Shown here piece after piece: positions 28,807 through 42,162 of a stretch of 64,000 nucleotides of DNA. The stretch lies in assembly GCA_973895155.1 (NCBI GenBank), contig OZ316891.1, positions 25,977,899 to 26,041,898 on the forward strand. Reading direction: 5' to 3'. The notes beneath the pieces were generated by a model. The model was not told where the DNA came from, ran no database searches, and saw only the letters and a list, made by a program, of their open reading frames with translations. The position numbers and the translations under genes are program-made. Numbering within the stretch: the stretch's first letter is position 1; each line of letters opens with the position of its first letter. The DNA comes from Marsupella aquatica. Lineage: Eukaryota > Plantae > Marchantiophyta.

Positions 28807-30069
28807 CCGCATGGTGCCAGATTGCCATCTGAGGAAGGTTCAGGCTGGGCGTCAGGGAACGATATCGCCAGCAGAAAACCAGTGCGCGACGAGAGCGAGC
28901 AGAGAGACAGCAGCTCTGACGACGGGCTGATCTTTCGTTGGGCCGCGCGCCCATCATCGGCTGTGGTAGAGACTAGACGAGCTCGAATTGCCTGAGAGAT
29001 GTACCGAGGTAAGAGATTGGGCTTTTTCTCAAGTATGAGAAAATCCAATGGGGGTCTCAAAACCTGATCCAAAGGCTTTTTCAGTTCTAGTGTCCCTTGT
29101 TTCTCCTCTGTAGTGTCTTTTATTAGGGAGTCTCAAGCTACTCTTAGTAGCTGGTTCCAGGAGATTTCTTTTGACCAAAATGCTCCTTGCCGGATAGCAG
29201 ACAATAAATTTGTGTTTCCCACAAAACAGGACTGTCAGTAACTCGGGCTGTCAGTGCACTGGTGTTCTTATGAACAATCGCTCCACAAGAGCATGAAATG
29301 TGTAGGTTCCCTTCAAGAATGCCTGGTTAGCGCCTTTGAAAAATCATGATATGTGCTGGTCTGCAGGGGTATAGTGTGACCTGTCTCAAACCGGAACACC
29401 GGGCAAGACAAATTTGACCAAAATACTAGTTTTGGTCATGACCACGGACATATAATTTCCATCACTGGTGTCCAAATTTTCTTGGGATTAATGTGCAGGT
29501 TTGAGATACCCTATTGGCAGGGTCTCCTGCCTTTGAGATTGTGTCTCAAAGTTGGGTGCCTTTTGCGGCTATATATATACCGGTAGGTTAAGGTTGCCGG
29601 CAACATGCAAACTTATGGACAATCAAATTCATAACCTTTTGTTGATATTTATGTACTTGTAGGATAAGGTTACTGACAAAAAAAACTGTGGACAGCCAAA
29701 TTTTATGACAACATCTGGACCTATAGTGCTTTGAGAGAATCCAACAAGGGTCTCAAACCTCAAAACTTGATGTACCTTAACTACTACTAGGTTAAGGTTC
29801 ATTACCTGAAAAAAACTTATGAACAGCCAAATTCATAATCCATAACATTTTGACTTAAAGTTGTGAATCTAATAGTAGGGGATCTCCACCCTAAAAACTT
29901 GATTAAAACTGACGGCCAGTCATATTCATAATGAATATTTTTTGACATAAAGAATAAACATATGCCATGATAGTAAGTACTCGTAGAAACTACTGAAAAG
30001 AAACTGAAAATAATAATTTTTGACAACCCTTGACAATAATGAAGAAATAGTGAAAACAGTTATTACCAT

Positions 30070-33000
30070 TTCTTTATGGCCAAAAGTGGCCAAAAGTCAT
30101 CCCCCCTACCTTTGAGATGCCCTAAAGAACAGAAATATACACACTTTTTATATACAAAGGGACCAAACAGAGTACAAATGAACAAACAAAAGAGGGCCCA
30201 AGTGGACAAAACCAATCGAAAAAGAAGTGAGCAAAAGGGAACCACTAAACACCAAGAAAGAGGAACTAAAAGTAAGAAATGAACAATAGGGAACCCCTAA
30301 AAACCAAGAAAGAGAGAGAGACTAAAACTAACCCAAGCGGACCGAGGTCCTCATCATTCCTACCGATTGTGGCAAAAAGCTAATGGTCCACATCAAGAGT
30401 CAAAACTAGATCGGCAAGTGGGATTGGAACATCCTCAAGGGGAGCTAGCCGTTGCGGAGGCACACTAGCACCCACTGTAAGAGATCGACGATAGATGGCC
30501 CGAGCTTGAGCACGCTGTAAGGTGACTGAAATGCGTTGGCGAAAGTGCGTGGTCAAAATAGAAAGCGGGGGTCCGGTGGGACCCATTCGGCCATGAACAT
30601 CCCGGGCAGCTTGCCGAAGAAGCCCATCAAACTGAGGATGAAGACGCCCAAATAGCTCCACAGCAAGGGGGAGGAAGCTGTCGGATGAAGCTCGTGCAGC
30701 ATATTTGGCCTCCTTCGTTGTTGCCGCACGTGACGCTGCTGCCCCTGCCGTAGTTGCCGCTGTCCCAATGATGTCTTGGCGCAATGGGTTTGCCACCACA
30801 ACATCTGCCAAAGTACGTTGACCCTCACGGACCATGGTAAGATCCACCCGTAACCGCTATGATGGAGGACCAGGTAACTCGAGTACCACCTCCCGCCACA
30901 CGCATACCAAAGAGCCAGAGAGAACCTGAGCAGTCGCATCTCGCACAGCGTCGTGAACAATAATGGTTTCACCTCCCAAACTGCACCGAAGAAGATGGAC
31001 ACCTATGGCATCACAAGGCTTCCCACAAGTGCAAGAAGGAGGTAAACCTGCAAGAAGTGGGTGGGGCAGCCCCAGACGAAGACGCATGGCTGTGGAGAAC
31101 TCCGTTGAAGACATCCGCAAATGAGGAATGACTGGATTGGCCTGAAGCCATCCACCTGCGCCCTTCCCTCCGGAAGAAAGAATCCGAGCTCGGTCCGTGT
31201 CAAGTGCCTCGGAGAGGATGCTGGAAAGGGTGAAAGTGTGCATACGCCCAGCGAGGTCTGCCTGAAGACGAACGGGATCCAAGGATAAAAACTCCTGGAA
31301 AGAAGGTAACGCGGCGCGAACGGGATCTGGTAATGAGGACCGCGCTGCGCGCAAATGAACCTGAAACGGGAGGGAACCCTCCTCTACCTCCATGAGAGAT
31401 GAAAGTAAAAAAGGGTGATCCTCAATAAGAAAACGATCGGCCAACAACGAGAAGGCGGCCGCCCATGCACCCAAAAAGGCCAAAGGTGCAAGGCTCTCAA
31501 TGGAAGTAAGCCCAAAACCACCCTGCGAAATAGGAAGACTGAGTTGTCGATGAAGCCACGGAGATGAGAGCAACGTACCCAGACCTAAAAGAGAGGCCAG
31601 GGTCTGACGAATGGAGACATCAAATGCTCGAAGGTGGAGACAAAGATCCTCGGTAGGGGGATGCGTCCTACCCAGATAAGACGCACGAGGGTGGATGCAC
31701 CTCAACAACATCCCAAATGCTGCCTGAGAATCTGCTAACTTAGGGAGCATAGGAGTATGGGCTAAGGCAGCCTGTATAGAGTCAGCGATGAAAGATGAGC
31801 AAAAGGAGGCGGTACTGATTGGGGAGCCAAGGACCCGAAGACCATCGGCTGGACGGAAGAACCCTGGGGGAAGCACAAGATCAGAGGGTAACCCAGCTGG
31901 ACTCCATGCATGACTCTTCACAGGCTGAACTCGTAAACCGAGGCCCATCAAATGGGTGGAAAGAGTGGCGAGGGCAGAAGTAACCGCGGCAGGAGGACCA
32001 ATGATGTGGGTGTCATCTGAAAGGGAGGGGAAGATACACTGGGGGTGGGCCATGGCAGCTTCCCGTAAAGCTATAAAATGGGCAATGGCAAAAAGAGGCC
32101 CACCCAAAGGGTCACCCTGACGTGTACCTTCTGCAGAGGAAAGAGTGGTATACACACCTGTAGAGGAGTGATGACTATAGAAGAGTGGGGCCTCGAGTCC
32201 ATAAAAACAACGGACAAAGGGGATCAGGGACTGGATGTCTGGATCCGCCGCCCTCAAAGCACGAAAAATGGCTGCCCGAGAAACCGTATTAAAAGCGTTA
32301 GAGACATCAACCTGGAGGACAACCCAATCAGGGTGGAGGTCCAATGTAGCTCGAATACCCGCAATAACCGTCTCACAACCGCCAGGAACGCCAACTGCAA
32401 ACTGATGTGGGGAGAGATGATCCGATAGTGCAGAGCGAAACTGTGAGGAAAGTGTGCGAGACACAAGACGAAGAAAAACCTCCCCAATAGCAATTGGCCG
32501 AACACCCGGTGAAGACTTAGCCATGGCCAATAAACGAGAAGCACTCAAGAGCCGAGAGACGGGAGGAGGCAAACGACCGGCTGCAATACACTGGCAAAAG
32601 GAGAAGAAAACTGGAAAACCAAACTGAGGATCCTCAGGGGGGAATAAATCACGAAAATGCTCAAAGACATAGCCGGAGGGGCCACCAGCAGAACAACACG
32701 GGGCATGGAGGAAGGCATAGGTGAAGTGGTCCCTACTAAACTGAAGATCCTCCTCAGGCTCAAAATCCTCGACAAACAAAGGGAGCTGATCATGGGGCTG
32801 CGGATGGAGATCCTGAAGGGCCAACGAGGTGACCTCGCCAGGGGGGGCTGGTGTGGTGGGAGAAAGGGCCTGGATAGCCCGACGATATTCACCAACCTGG
32901 GCTAAACGACAAGAGCGACGAAGACGTCTATGCTCAGGGGGATGAGAGTGGCGAGCTGGGTCAGACAAAGCACGGGCGGTAAAAGACCGGGCGCGAAGAA

Positions 33001-33262
33001 AGTACTCTTCCTGAAGCTGCTCCCAATCTCCCCGCAAAAAACGATGGATACGAGAGGCAGTCTCACGGTGACCCACACGACCACCATGACTAGGGAGGGT
33101 AAGAGTCCACTGTGGAAAAAGCATCAGTAAAGACTAATAGGAGACCTCCATAGGATGCGCCAAGATAAGCTGCATGAGTTGCAACAAGGAGGACCGAACT
33201 ATAGGGCGCAGCGCCAGAGGAATGTGGTTATAAAGGCGAGGTCTAATGTACCCTGGATGGTA
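30070..33262 (-). mobile_element. RLE-type non-LTR retrotransposon (CRE-like), 5'-truncated, with two nonsense codons
   Basis: One reading frame from 33262 to 30380, broken only by TAG near 33137 and TAG at 30859-30857. RT motifs: GVRPIAIGE, HQFAVG, DVSNAFN, GTRQGDPLG, SLSDD. Also LPISQGGFGL, a CTC..H...C zinc knuckle with HDAVRD, and a C-terminal restriction-like endonuclease (RVDL..LADVVV..KEAKY..FLPLAVELFG). The 3' UTR end is approximate. Confidence 0.88.
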
Positions 33263-34015
33263 CTTTCATGACTTTTCTCTTTGTATATTTGAGTGCATTA
33301 ATTCTCCATAATGCACCCCTTTTGTTGAGGAGGGGATTATACAAAACACCATAAATATAGTAAAAGTAAAAATTAAATCTAGATTTATCATACAAAAGTA
33401 ATAATGAAATTTAGTCAAGATCTCAAGATGATAACCAAATCTTATATGGTGATGCCAACAAATTATCTATGAATAGAATCTTATATGACTAAAGAAAGTA
33501 TATTTTGGCCAATTTCATAACACCCACTTCTTGGATGACACTTTAATTTGAATTTTCTATTTCAGGGATTCACTTTTTCTTGTTTGTTATCAAAAAATCA
33601 CTCAAGTTTTTACGTACATTAATGTCCTAGTTACGGGCTTTCTGAAAATTGCCCTCAAAACTCGGGCTACTGCCCTCGTTACGGACCCCCATGGGAAGTT
33701 CCTTCCAAAATCCCTAGCACCACGTTGAGCCACATCAGCAGGAATGGTCACAAACAAGAAAATCTAGATGTAAAAGAAGAACAAAACCTGATGGTTCGTG
33801 TTTGTAACAAGGCAATAAAAAATTGTCAATCCCAGTCGGGATCCCGGTAACTGTAAAAATGATAAAAAAACTGAAGAGTAAAGTTGAAACAAACAACGAA
33901 TGAGGTAAAGAGTAATTAACATTTGGAAGTTCTAGAATTGATATATCAGTGTTTTGCATTAAATGTTAGATTTTTTTTAATTTCCAAAGATTTCAAAATA
34001 GACACAGCTAGAGGA

Positions 34016-34144
34016 AGTAGAAACAAACTTTTGGGCTTCCAAGGTTTTGTAACAAGTATTTGGTGAAGTAAAAACAAACTGTTGGGTTTCCAAAGTTTTG
34101 TAATCAATATTTGATAAAGTAAAAACAAACTGTTGGGTTTCCAA
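34016..34144 (+). repeat. 51-bp tandem repeat, ~2.5 copies, inside the foldback element
   Basis: aagtaRaaacaaactKttgggYttccaa recurs at ~34016, 34067 and 34118. Confidence 0.8.
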
Positions 34145-34557
34145 GTGGTAACCGCAGTTGTAGATGATACATTTTAGATGGCTTGAGATGACAAAGGGAA
34201 TGGCTTGATGACTTGAGATAAGATGACGAAGCTAATGGCTACCCTTATACTCTTAGATCTAGCAATTTGCCCTCTCACCCAAGCCAGTTTTTGGTGAATT
34301 TAGTAGGAATATTAAATATCCCTCGTGTAAGTTACAAAAAAATCCTGCGTACATTATTTGACAATTCCTCCTACTAACAGATGGAGTAGGCAAATGTCTT
34401 GCAGGTCGGGAAACCCTTAAACCACAGCTGCAGATATATATACCCGTAGCTCTCATTTCCACTGTGAATAAAGGGATGGGCAAGAGTGTTGTTTCATTGA
34501 TCCAATTTGTTGAATGTATTTAAGTTTATCTCTCTGAGCAGGGGGTCCTCGAACTAA

Positions 34558-34941
34558 TTTTTCAGGGCATTATATCCCACAATGCCCTCTAACCAGGACA
34601 TTATCCTATTCCTAAAGTCCTCATGAAAATAGATTGTGTGGCGGACTTGTAATTTTGAAGGTTTCTTTCTCTTGTGTGAAGGAGGATATGCTACGAATGG
34701 ACCCTTAGATATCCCTAGATATAACGATACCAGTCAGATTCCAACTACTGGATCTTGTGAATTGGTAGAAACTGGCCAATGGAAACCACAAAAATCAGGT
34801 GAATTTTCAGCAAAAATGTGGTACGCTTTCTAAAAGAGGCGGATTTTGCAATATTTGGCATTTAAAAAAACGCTGGATTGTGAGGATGAATAGGATAATG
34901 TCCTGGTTAGAGGGCATTGTGGGATATAATGCCCTGAAAAA
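34558..34941. repeat. Inner inverted repeat (~54-bp arms, MITE-like) nested in the foldback element
   Basis: tttttcagggcattatatcccacaatgccctctaaccaggacattatcctattc at 34558-34611 is the reverse complement of 34888-34941. Confidence 0.88.
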
Positions 34942-36154
34942 CGAGGGTAGTAGCCCGAGTTTTGAGGACATTACTTCCATAATGCCTATAACTAGGACAT
35001 TAATATATGTAAAAATTTGAGTGACTTTTTGATAACAAACAAGAAAAAATGAATCCCTAAAATATAAAATTCAGATTAAAAGGTCATCCAAGAAGTGGTT
35101 GCTATGGAATTGGCCAAAAATATACGTTCTTGAGTTATATTAGATTCTATTCATAGATATTTTGTTCATATCACCATATAAGATTTGGTTATCATCTTGA
35201 GATCTTGACTAAATTAAAAAAATTGTGTATGATAAAACTATATTTAATTTTTACTTTTATTATATTTATAATGTTTTGTATAATTCTCTCCTCAAAAAAA
35301 GGGGTGCATTATGGAGAATTAATGCACTCAAATATACAAAGAGAAAAGTCATGAAAGGCTTTAGGAATGCTAACAGGTAGTAGACACATGGCATGGTAAC
35401 GTGTGACAATACCTGCAGTGAATAGTCGTTATCCATAGTGCCTACATTTGTTTTTGACCCTTAATCTTCCTAGATTTTGGGAGAGCAGCTCGATTCTGGC
35501 TATCAAGCCCTGTGACTTGGTGGGAAAGTGCCTAATGGGACCCCAAAAATCTGACCAACTTTAGTCAAAAGTGCTAAAGTTTCTGGCTGAGGTGGAATTT
35601 GGTGAGATTTCACCACTAAAAACTGTTGTATGAGAGCAATGTAGCAGAGCCGTGGAGGACTGAAATTGTTTGCCCACAAAAAGCATATCAGAACAATTGT
35701 GAAGGTTCTTGTTCAGTTTCAGCTCCTTGTGCTGGCCTTGGTTTTGCTTTGCACACCACATGGTTTTTGTTCCCAAACCCTCCCAGGAGGATTTCATAAG
35801 TGTGAGTCACAGGAACTCGAGCAAGCTTTGAATGTTTTTGTTGAAATTAGAAAAATACAAAATTGCAGGTTCCCCCCCTACAAGTCAAGTGGTGGCTTGT
35901 TGAAGTGTTGGTTCCTCCATCAAGAAATTACAAAAACCTGGTGTGAAGGTGAAGATAGGATGGTACAGAGCATTTGATCTAATAACTCTCATGGACCAAG
36001 CATATTTTGACTGACACCAAGGGTCAACAAAAGAAGAGTGGTTATATGAGTAAAACATTTCATGGACCAAGCACAATTGGACACCAAACATGTAAACATT
36101 TACGTGCTACATGATCCTTTCCCCGCCAAGTCCTACAGCATATTGCACCAAACG

Positions 36155-36372
36155 GGGAATGAAATTTTCAGAAATTGACAATATTTAAAGACGGAGAAAA
36201 AATATCCGGACGAAGAACCATTTCCGGAAAACGAGGAACAGATTGAAAAAAAAAATGTTATTACCCAGATAATGTTTCTTTCAATTCCAACTCGATATGT
36301 TTTGATTTGTTGACAGCTGCCAAATGGACACCTGCATATTTGCTTCTGCGGCCGTACCCGATTGTGGAATAA
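36155..36372 (+). pseudogene. Possible decayed ubiquitin-conjugating enzyme (E2/UBC)-like fragment
   Basis: Translates as ..KKYPDEEPFPE.., then after a frameshift in the A10 run at 36246-36255 as CYYPDNVSFNSNSICFDLLTAAKWTPAY. This resembles the E2 signature FP..YPF..YHPNV...G.ICLD.L...W.PA. Confidence 0.35.
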
Positions 36373-38002
36373 CAAGTCTTAAATATATAACCAAAGGTTT
36401 TTCGACTATTTCGCGTGTGCAGCGACAACAAGAGCGCAAATTGGATGGATATTTTGAAACTTGTAATTCCGAATTCGGACTTGTTCCCCTGTGGTTGAGT
36501 ACGAGTCTCAAGGAGAAAAAAATTATGTAAGCAAATGACCTAGTTTGAGAGAAGAAATTTGCCCAACGATTAATGGCAAAAGAACTACGCCCACTCTTCT
36601 GCTTAACACAGCCAGGTTTTTAAGTACATTCAGTTGGCCACGACTGACCCCCTATACCAAAGCCCAGGTACATTGGCAAGATCATAGATGAAAACTGTTC
36701 TCAATAACTCAGACCCAAATTATTTGGGTATAAAGTAGACGCGTGTGATCAAATTGGGGATCAAATGTCAAATCCCAAGTATCTCTCTATGTTCTATCCC
36801 AGGTCCTTCTGTGAATTAAAGAGTCCCATCAACAGCACTACTTGCTGCTTTGGTCATCTCAATCTAATGCAAACAAAATTTAGCAACCTGGAGAATTATA
36901 AACTTTGGCCCAAGGTGGTCTTTTTGGGCACGCTTTGGCCAAAGGTGTGAGTAACAAGATGTGAGACAAGATGTTGTTCTCATGAGTGAAGTAGAAATGA
37001 TCTAAATAATCTGCCCTCCTTGTGTCCATAAGTTCTCCTCATGGTTTTTTTTACTAAATTTATGATGTTAATTAATTTGAGTGTCATTACCTGAGGTAAG
37101 TACATAAGTATTTCTACTCGTGTACATTATGATGGAGCAGAGCCCAATACCATAGACTTGAACTTTTCCTTGTCATTCTTATTTTTCTTTACATGTGTAT
37201 TTTTATTCTTGTATCTTATGTGCACAACTTTTTCTGTATCATAAACTTGTGCTTTTCCTAGACAGTCAATATGTCCCCTTTATATTTGCCACAAAAAATT
37301 AGATCACCTGCATATCACAAATAAAAAACAAAAAGTGAAGCATGTTCCAAGCTATATTAACGAGTGTGGGTCCCCCACCCAGAGGAAAGCAAAAAGTACT
37401 CTAAAAAGTAAAATCTCCCCGTTCCCTACAGTAGTCCTTTTGTGTCCCGGCCTCCCGTTAAATGTCCCTTAATTTTCCACCCTCTTTAAAAATTCAAAAG
37501 GGAAAAAACATTAAAAGGAAAAACAGTTTGTATAAACCAATTAAATTATAAGTACACAGCTGCCCATAATTTTCTCCCACCAAAAAAGTGTGAAAAAACA
37601 CATCAGGAATCAAACAAAGAAAAAACCCAAAGGAGTTCAATATTCCCCTCATATCTTATTCCTCACCGTGATCTGACCAGAACACTTAGTTTATATAATG
37701 TATATACATGTGTCTCACAATACACTTAGGGTCTCTTTGTCAGAGCCATTTGGGGTCTCTTTGACCCTCTTCATAACAATTGAAGCATGTGTTGCGTTCC
37801 ACTACAGAGTTTTGCAGACAAATGCATTATGGCCCTTTTTTGGGGGGCCCCATCAAACCTACAGGAAAAGTTCAGCCAATGCCTAACCTGGCAGAATAGG
37901 GGTCTAGTAATCACATTCAGAGACAATTTACTAATGCTACTGGGTGACTTAGTGCCACGTGTCACGCACAAAGTACAAAACAAGTTGTGAGTACGATATA
38001 TA

Positions 38003-38006
<4 letters not shown>

Positions 38007-38057
<51 letters not shown>
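38007..38057. repeat. (TA)n microsatellite, ~25 units
   Basis: Read directly from the sequence. Confidence 0.97.
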
Positions 38058-38061
<4 letters not shown>

Positions 38062-40810
38062 CAAACTGCCAAAGTATGATTGGGTATTTTCATGTGTTGC
38101 ACCCTGTGTTGAGAAGGCTTAAGACAACTCAGCATCGAGAAACTTTACACGTACTTATGTCTTGTTACAAGCACATTTTCACACGTTTCCCATGTGGAAA
38201 AAGTAAGTTTAATGGATTACTGTAGTTACAAGAGCATGTCTCCATGTTTGGGTGTCAATAATGCCTGAATGTCCGTGCCCGTCCCTGTGCAAATAAACTA
38301 AGTGCCAAAAACACTAGCTACCAGAGAATTTATGGCATATGGTTTCACTCGACAGAGTAGGTCATCAATTGTCAAATTGGAAGTGAATGTAAGAAAGATT
38401 TGTTTCATCTGTTGTTTCCCCTTATTGACATTTGAAACCAGTCTATCGTGAAATTGCCTGAAGGGTGTATCATTATAGCATCCGAGTAGTGTAATTGGAC
38501 ACAAATTAATAAATGAAAAGAACATACATGCTTTGATTCTTTAAGTCCATAGCTACACAAGTGCCCATTTTATGCCCATAAAGCATACAATCCAATATTC
38601 AATTGTAGTACCTTATGACAAACACTCATACTAACATCAAAAGTTTGAAAGTGATAAGCCTTGCCAGGGTTTTTGCTTTGCTTTGTTTTGTTTTGATTTT
38701 TGATTTTGTTTGTTTGTTTTTGTTTGTTTGTTTTTTTGGGTTGGGGGGGGGGGGGAGGCTCGAGAGATAACTTCCAGGCTGACTGTGCACATCCATGTTC
38801 TTGTGTGCACAGTACATTTGGGCTTGGTTGGTCCTGTGTACTTAACACTGCAAAGGGTAGCTGTGCAGTTAAGGCAGTTCATCGCCGCATTGGAGCGCGC
38901 AAGTGCCATAACCCCCTGGCCTTCCTGCTTGTGTGAATACATTGTACACATTGTATACACAATACAAAGGAATCTGAAATTCAAATGTGGCCACCCTTTT
39001 ATGTATCCCATTGGAACCATTTTTCACATTAGACATGTTTTTATTTCATAAATGCCTGCTTATGCTCTCGCTTGTGCTGCATGCTTCCTGCTATGGCTAC
39101 CCCATCGAAGAAATTTGTTGGATTATTAGAATGGGGTGCAAACAAATGGAGCTTTTAATTTACACTAATTGGGGTACTATTTTAATAGAAAACTTACACC
39201 AAAGGAATAGAAAACTTACACCAAAGGCACTTAGCAATCCAAGTTTGGCAAAAATATTACTCTTGACATTCAACAAGGTATTTGATAAACGGTGCAAGGG
39301 TATTTCTTAATTATGTTTTATATCCATTTAAAAAAAATTGTTACTATCTTGCACTGCTTTAGGGGGTTTTAGATCGAGTGATTTACCTTTTAAGATGTGC
39401 CAACTGCAATGAAGGAGTGCTCAGACAACATCATTTAGCCAAGTTTATGCCAAGAACTTCAGACACAAAATCCTAACAGGGTGGCCCCAAAGGTCCATTA
39501 GGAGAGAAAGTCTCCCAGGATATTCACTAAGTATATCTAGGCAGGGTGGGTGTTTGCAACTATTTGAACTCGTATTTATCCTAAAAATAATGAGTTACAG
39601 TACATGAAAGCAACAGAAGGATCAATTGTACTTTGGCAGTGCAACATAGATTTACCAAGAAGCTGAAAACCCCAAAGAAGTGGACTGTAAAGCAAACTAA
39701 AGCATATGAGTTTTAGGTGGAGAGGGATCGACGAGATGTGGCAAACAGGCTAGGTCTCAAGTTCAATCCCAGATGACACAATTTCGCTCCAAGATTAGCT
39801 CCAAACTATATAGGGCAGGTAAACGTGTTATGGGTTAATGGCTCTTACAGTAGTTTGTAGATATTACTAAATAAGTAAAGAAACAGTGTTTCCTTGCATA
39901 TGTTACTATTTTTTGAAGTGCAATTAGCTACAGCAACTTGCATGCCTTGCTCAAGGAGTTCACCTCAAACACGGTACACACTTTTTGGGTGTGACTTTTG
40001 GGTTAATCCAAGCCCTTGGTCTGTTTTATGGTGTTTTAAAAGAAAAGAGTCAAAAGTACAACATAGTATCGTCACTTTTCATTGATGTTCTGGCTCAGAC
40101 GGCTCATCCTTGAGCTGGGTGCCCATGTTCTTTATTGGTGGGTGCCCGTGTTCTTTATTGGTGGTGGTTAGCAAAGCTTATTATTTAAATAAACAGTATA
40201 ACATAGTACAATCTACAGTTCCAAGAAATACTGGGCAAAACACTAGGCTGGTAGATCGATCTAAGGCAAAACAAAATTGGTTTTTTCTAGAGTAGAGTGG
40301 ACCCAGTGCATGGCTTTGTCAAAACTCCCCAATCTTGCCCTTGTGCCTTTTTAATCCGTTTCAAAAAAAGAATCAAAAGTACATCACAATATGTAATTGG
40401 TATTCGCAAGAGATATTCTAGGCATCTAGAACACAATACCTGTAAAAATTGTATTTTTGCCCGAAGAGGTATGACTTTGTGGTAGCTCCGTAGCTCACTG
40501 GAATATAGACTAATAGGTCTGGGCTCAACTGTTGTAGGAGCACTCTTCCCAGTTATTGTGATTGACTCTTCCTTTCTGTGGGGTTTCACAAATTTCCCCT
40601 TTAATAAAAATTAAAACAAATAAATTGCATTCTTAAAGTAGTAGGACATAGTTTTGTCTAACCTCCCACCCCTCCCCACCCACCTACTAACATGCAAGTG
40701 TTTTTTATGATAATTTCTAAGTATTTATATTCAAAAAATGGGCACTATGGCCCCACCACAACATATTTGCATAGAAGGATGTGCATACAAAGACAGTCGA
40801 TGGTATATTA

Positions 40811-40996
40811 TATATTCATACTATTAAAACATTTTTTTTTCATTTTATTAAGCTTCAAAAAATATGAATAGAAAAAATATTTTGATAATACTTTTATTGT
40901 CCTATATTCATACTATTAAAACATTTTTTTTTCCATTTTATTAAGCTTCAAAAAATATGAATAGAAAAAATATTTTGATAATACTTTTATTGTCCT
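40811..40996 (+). repeat. ~92-bp tandem duplication
   Basis: tatattcatactattaaaacatttt...cttttattgtcct at 40811 and 40903. Confidence 0.92.
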
Positions 40997-42162
40997 CTCC
41001 TCTATTCACCTTCAAAGAAGGGGTAGTCTGGGCTAGTAGTGATAAATAGTGATTAGAAGCTAGAGTTGGGGTCTATGCTTCTAGAATGAATACTCTAGAC
41101 CTTGACTCTGGGCCCCATTGAAATGTACGTGCATGGAAAAAAGGACAAGATGTTATGTGTGCTAAATGATGATTTCTGTCATTTCTATTGATATTCAAAG
41201 AATGGGCAGTCAGGCTAGTTTATTCATAAGAGAATTGATAAGAGCAAGGAACATTTATAATTGATAAGAGCAAGGAACGTGTATGATTGATAAGTCAGAG
41301 CAAGCAACGTTTGTGTGTCTAAGTGCTTGAAGAGCATATCATGCACATTTATGTCATTGTACTAACAGATGGGAAGCCTAAGGAAATACTTCAGCTGCAG
41401 AGCATAGAGGAAAAACTCTTCATTTTGGTGTGGGTTTGTATATAAGTGCAAGGCAGGGTCTTATTTCCCCAGGTATAGAGAGGTCTTGCACTTGGACATG
41501 GTCGGGTTTACAAGTGCACTAGAAGGCACTCATGGTACTATCTCTCGCCATGGGTGGGGAGGGAGGGGGGGCTGGTTCGGTTCTTCCCCCCCTGACTCTC
41601 TTGAACCTTCCATCATTGTTGGATCCCTGGCTGTTGAATTGCTGTCCTGCCCTTTCTCCTTCTTGCCTTCCTTTCCCAGCCTTCTCCACACTGGCCAGAC
41701 CCTGTGCAAGGCTCACCTGCTCTCCTTCTGTCCACTTTTACCCCCAAACTTGTGCCCATCTCCTCTACGAGGCTATCTAACATCCCAGGCCCTCTCTCAC
41801 TTACACAAGTGGTTGGGAAGGAAAAGGGACCAAAAAGCAGGGAGTGCCAAAACAGCCCACAACATAAGCAAGGGGGAAGGGAAGAAAATTAATGGGGTGG
41901 TAAATAGAGGTCAATATATATATATGTGATTTGTTAGGTGGCCATTGAATCCTCGAAAGTAGGCAGAGAGCATTGGGGAGGATATTAATAGATCAATGTG
42001 AGGGGAAGCCATGAGGGGGCTTGGTTGATTTTTCTGTTGCACTACACACTTGCTTGACCTGCCCCTATGTTTATATATGACTATCACCTCAGTCAACTCT
42101 TGCTTGACTCTCACGGGGACTCTCACTCTTACTCTCTCCACCAATTCCATCCAGGGCTGCGT

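Larger units (their letters stand above)
33263..35357. mobile_element. Non-autonomous foldback/MULE-like element with ~415-bp terminal inverted repeats
   Basis: 33263-~33680 (ctttcatgacttttctctttgtatatttgagtgcatt...ctcgggctactgccctcgtt) is the reverse complement of ~34940-35357. No coding capacity recognised inside and no TSD seen. Confidence 0.8.

Noticed and set aside
39765-39780. B-box-like GTTCAATCCC suggesting a tRNA or SINE
   Set aside because: No cloverleaf, A box or tail can be supported.
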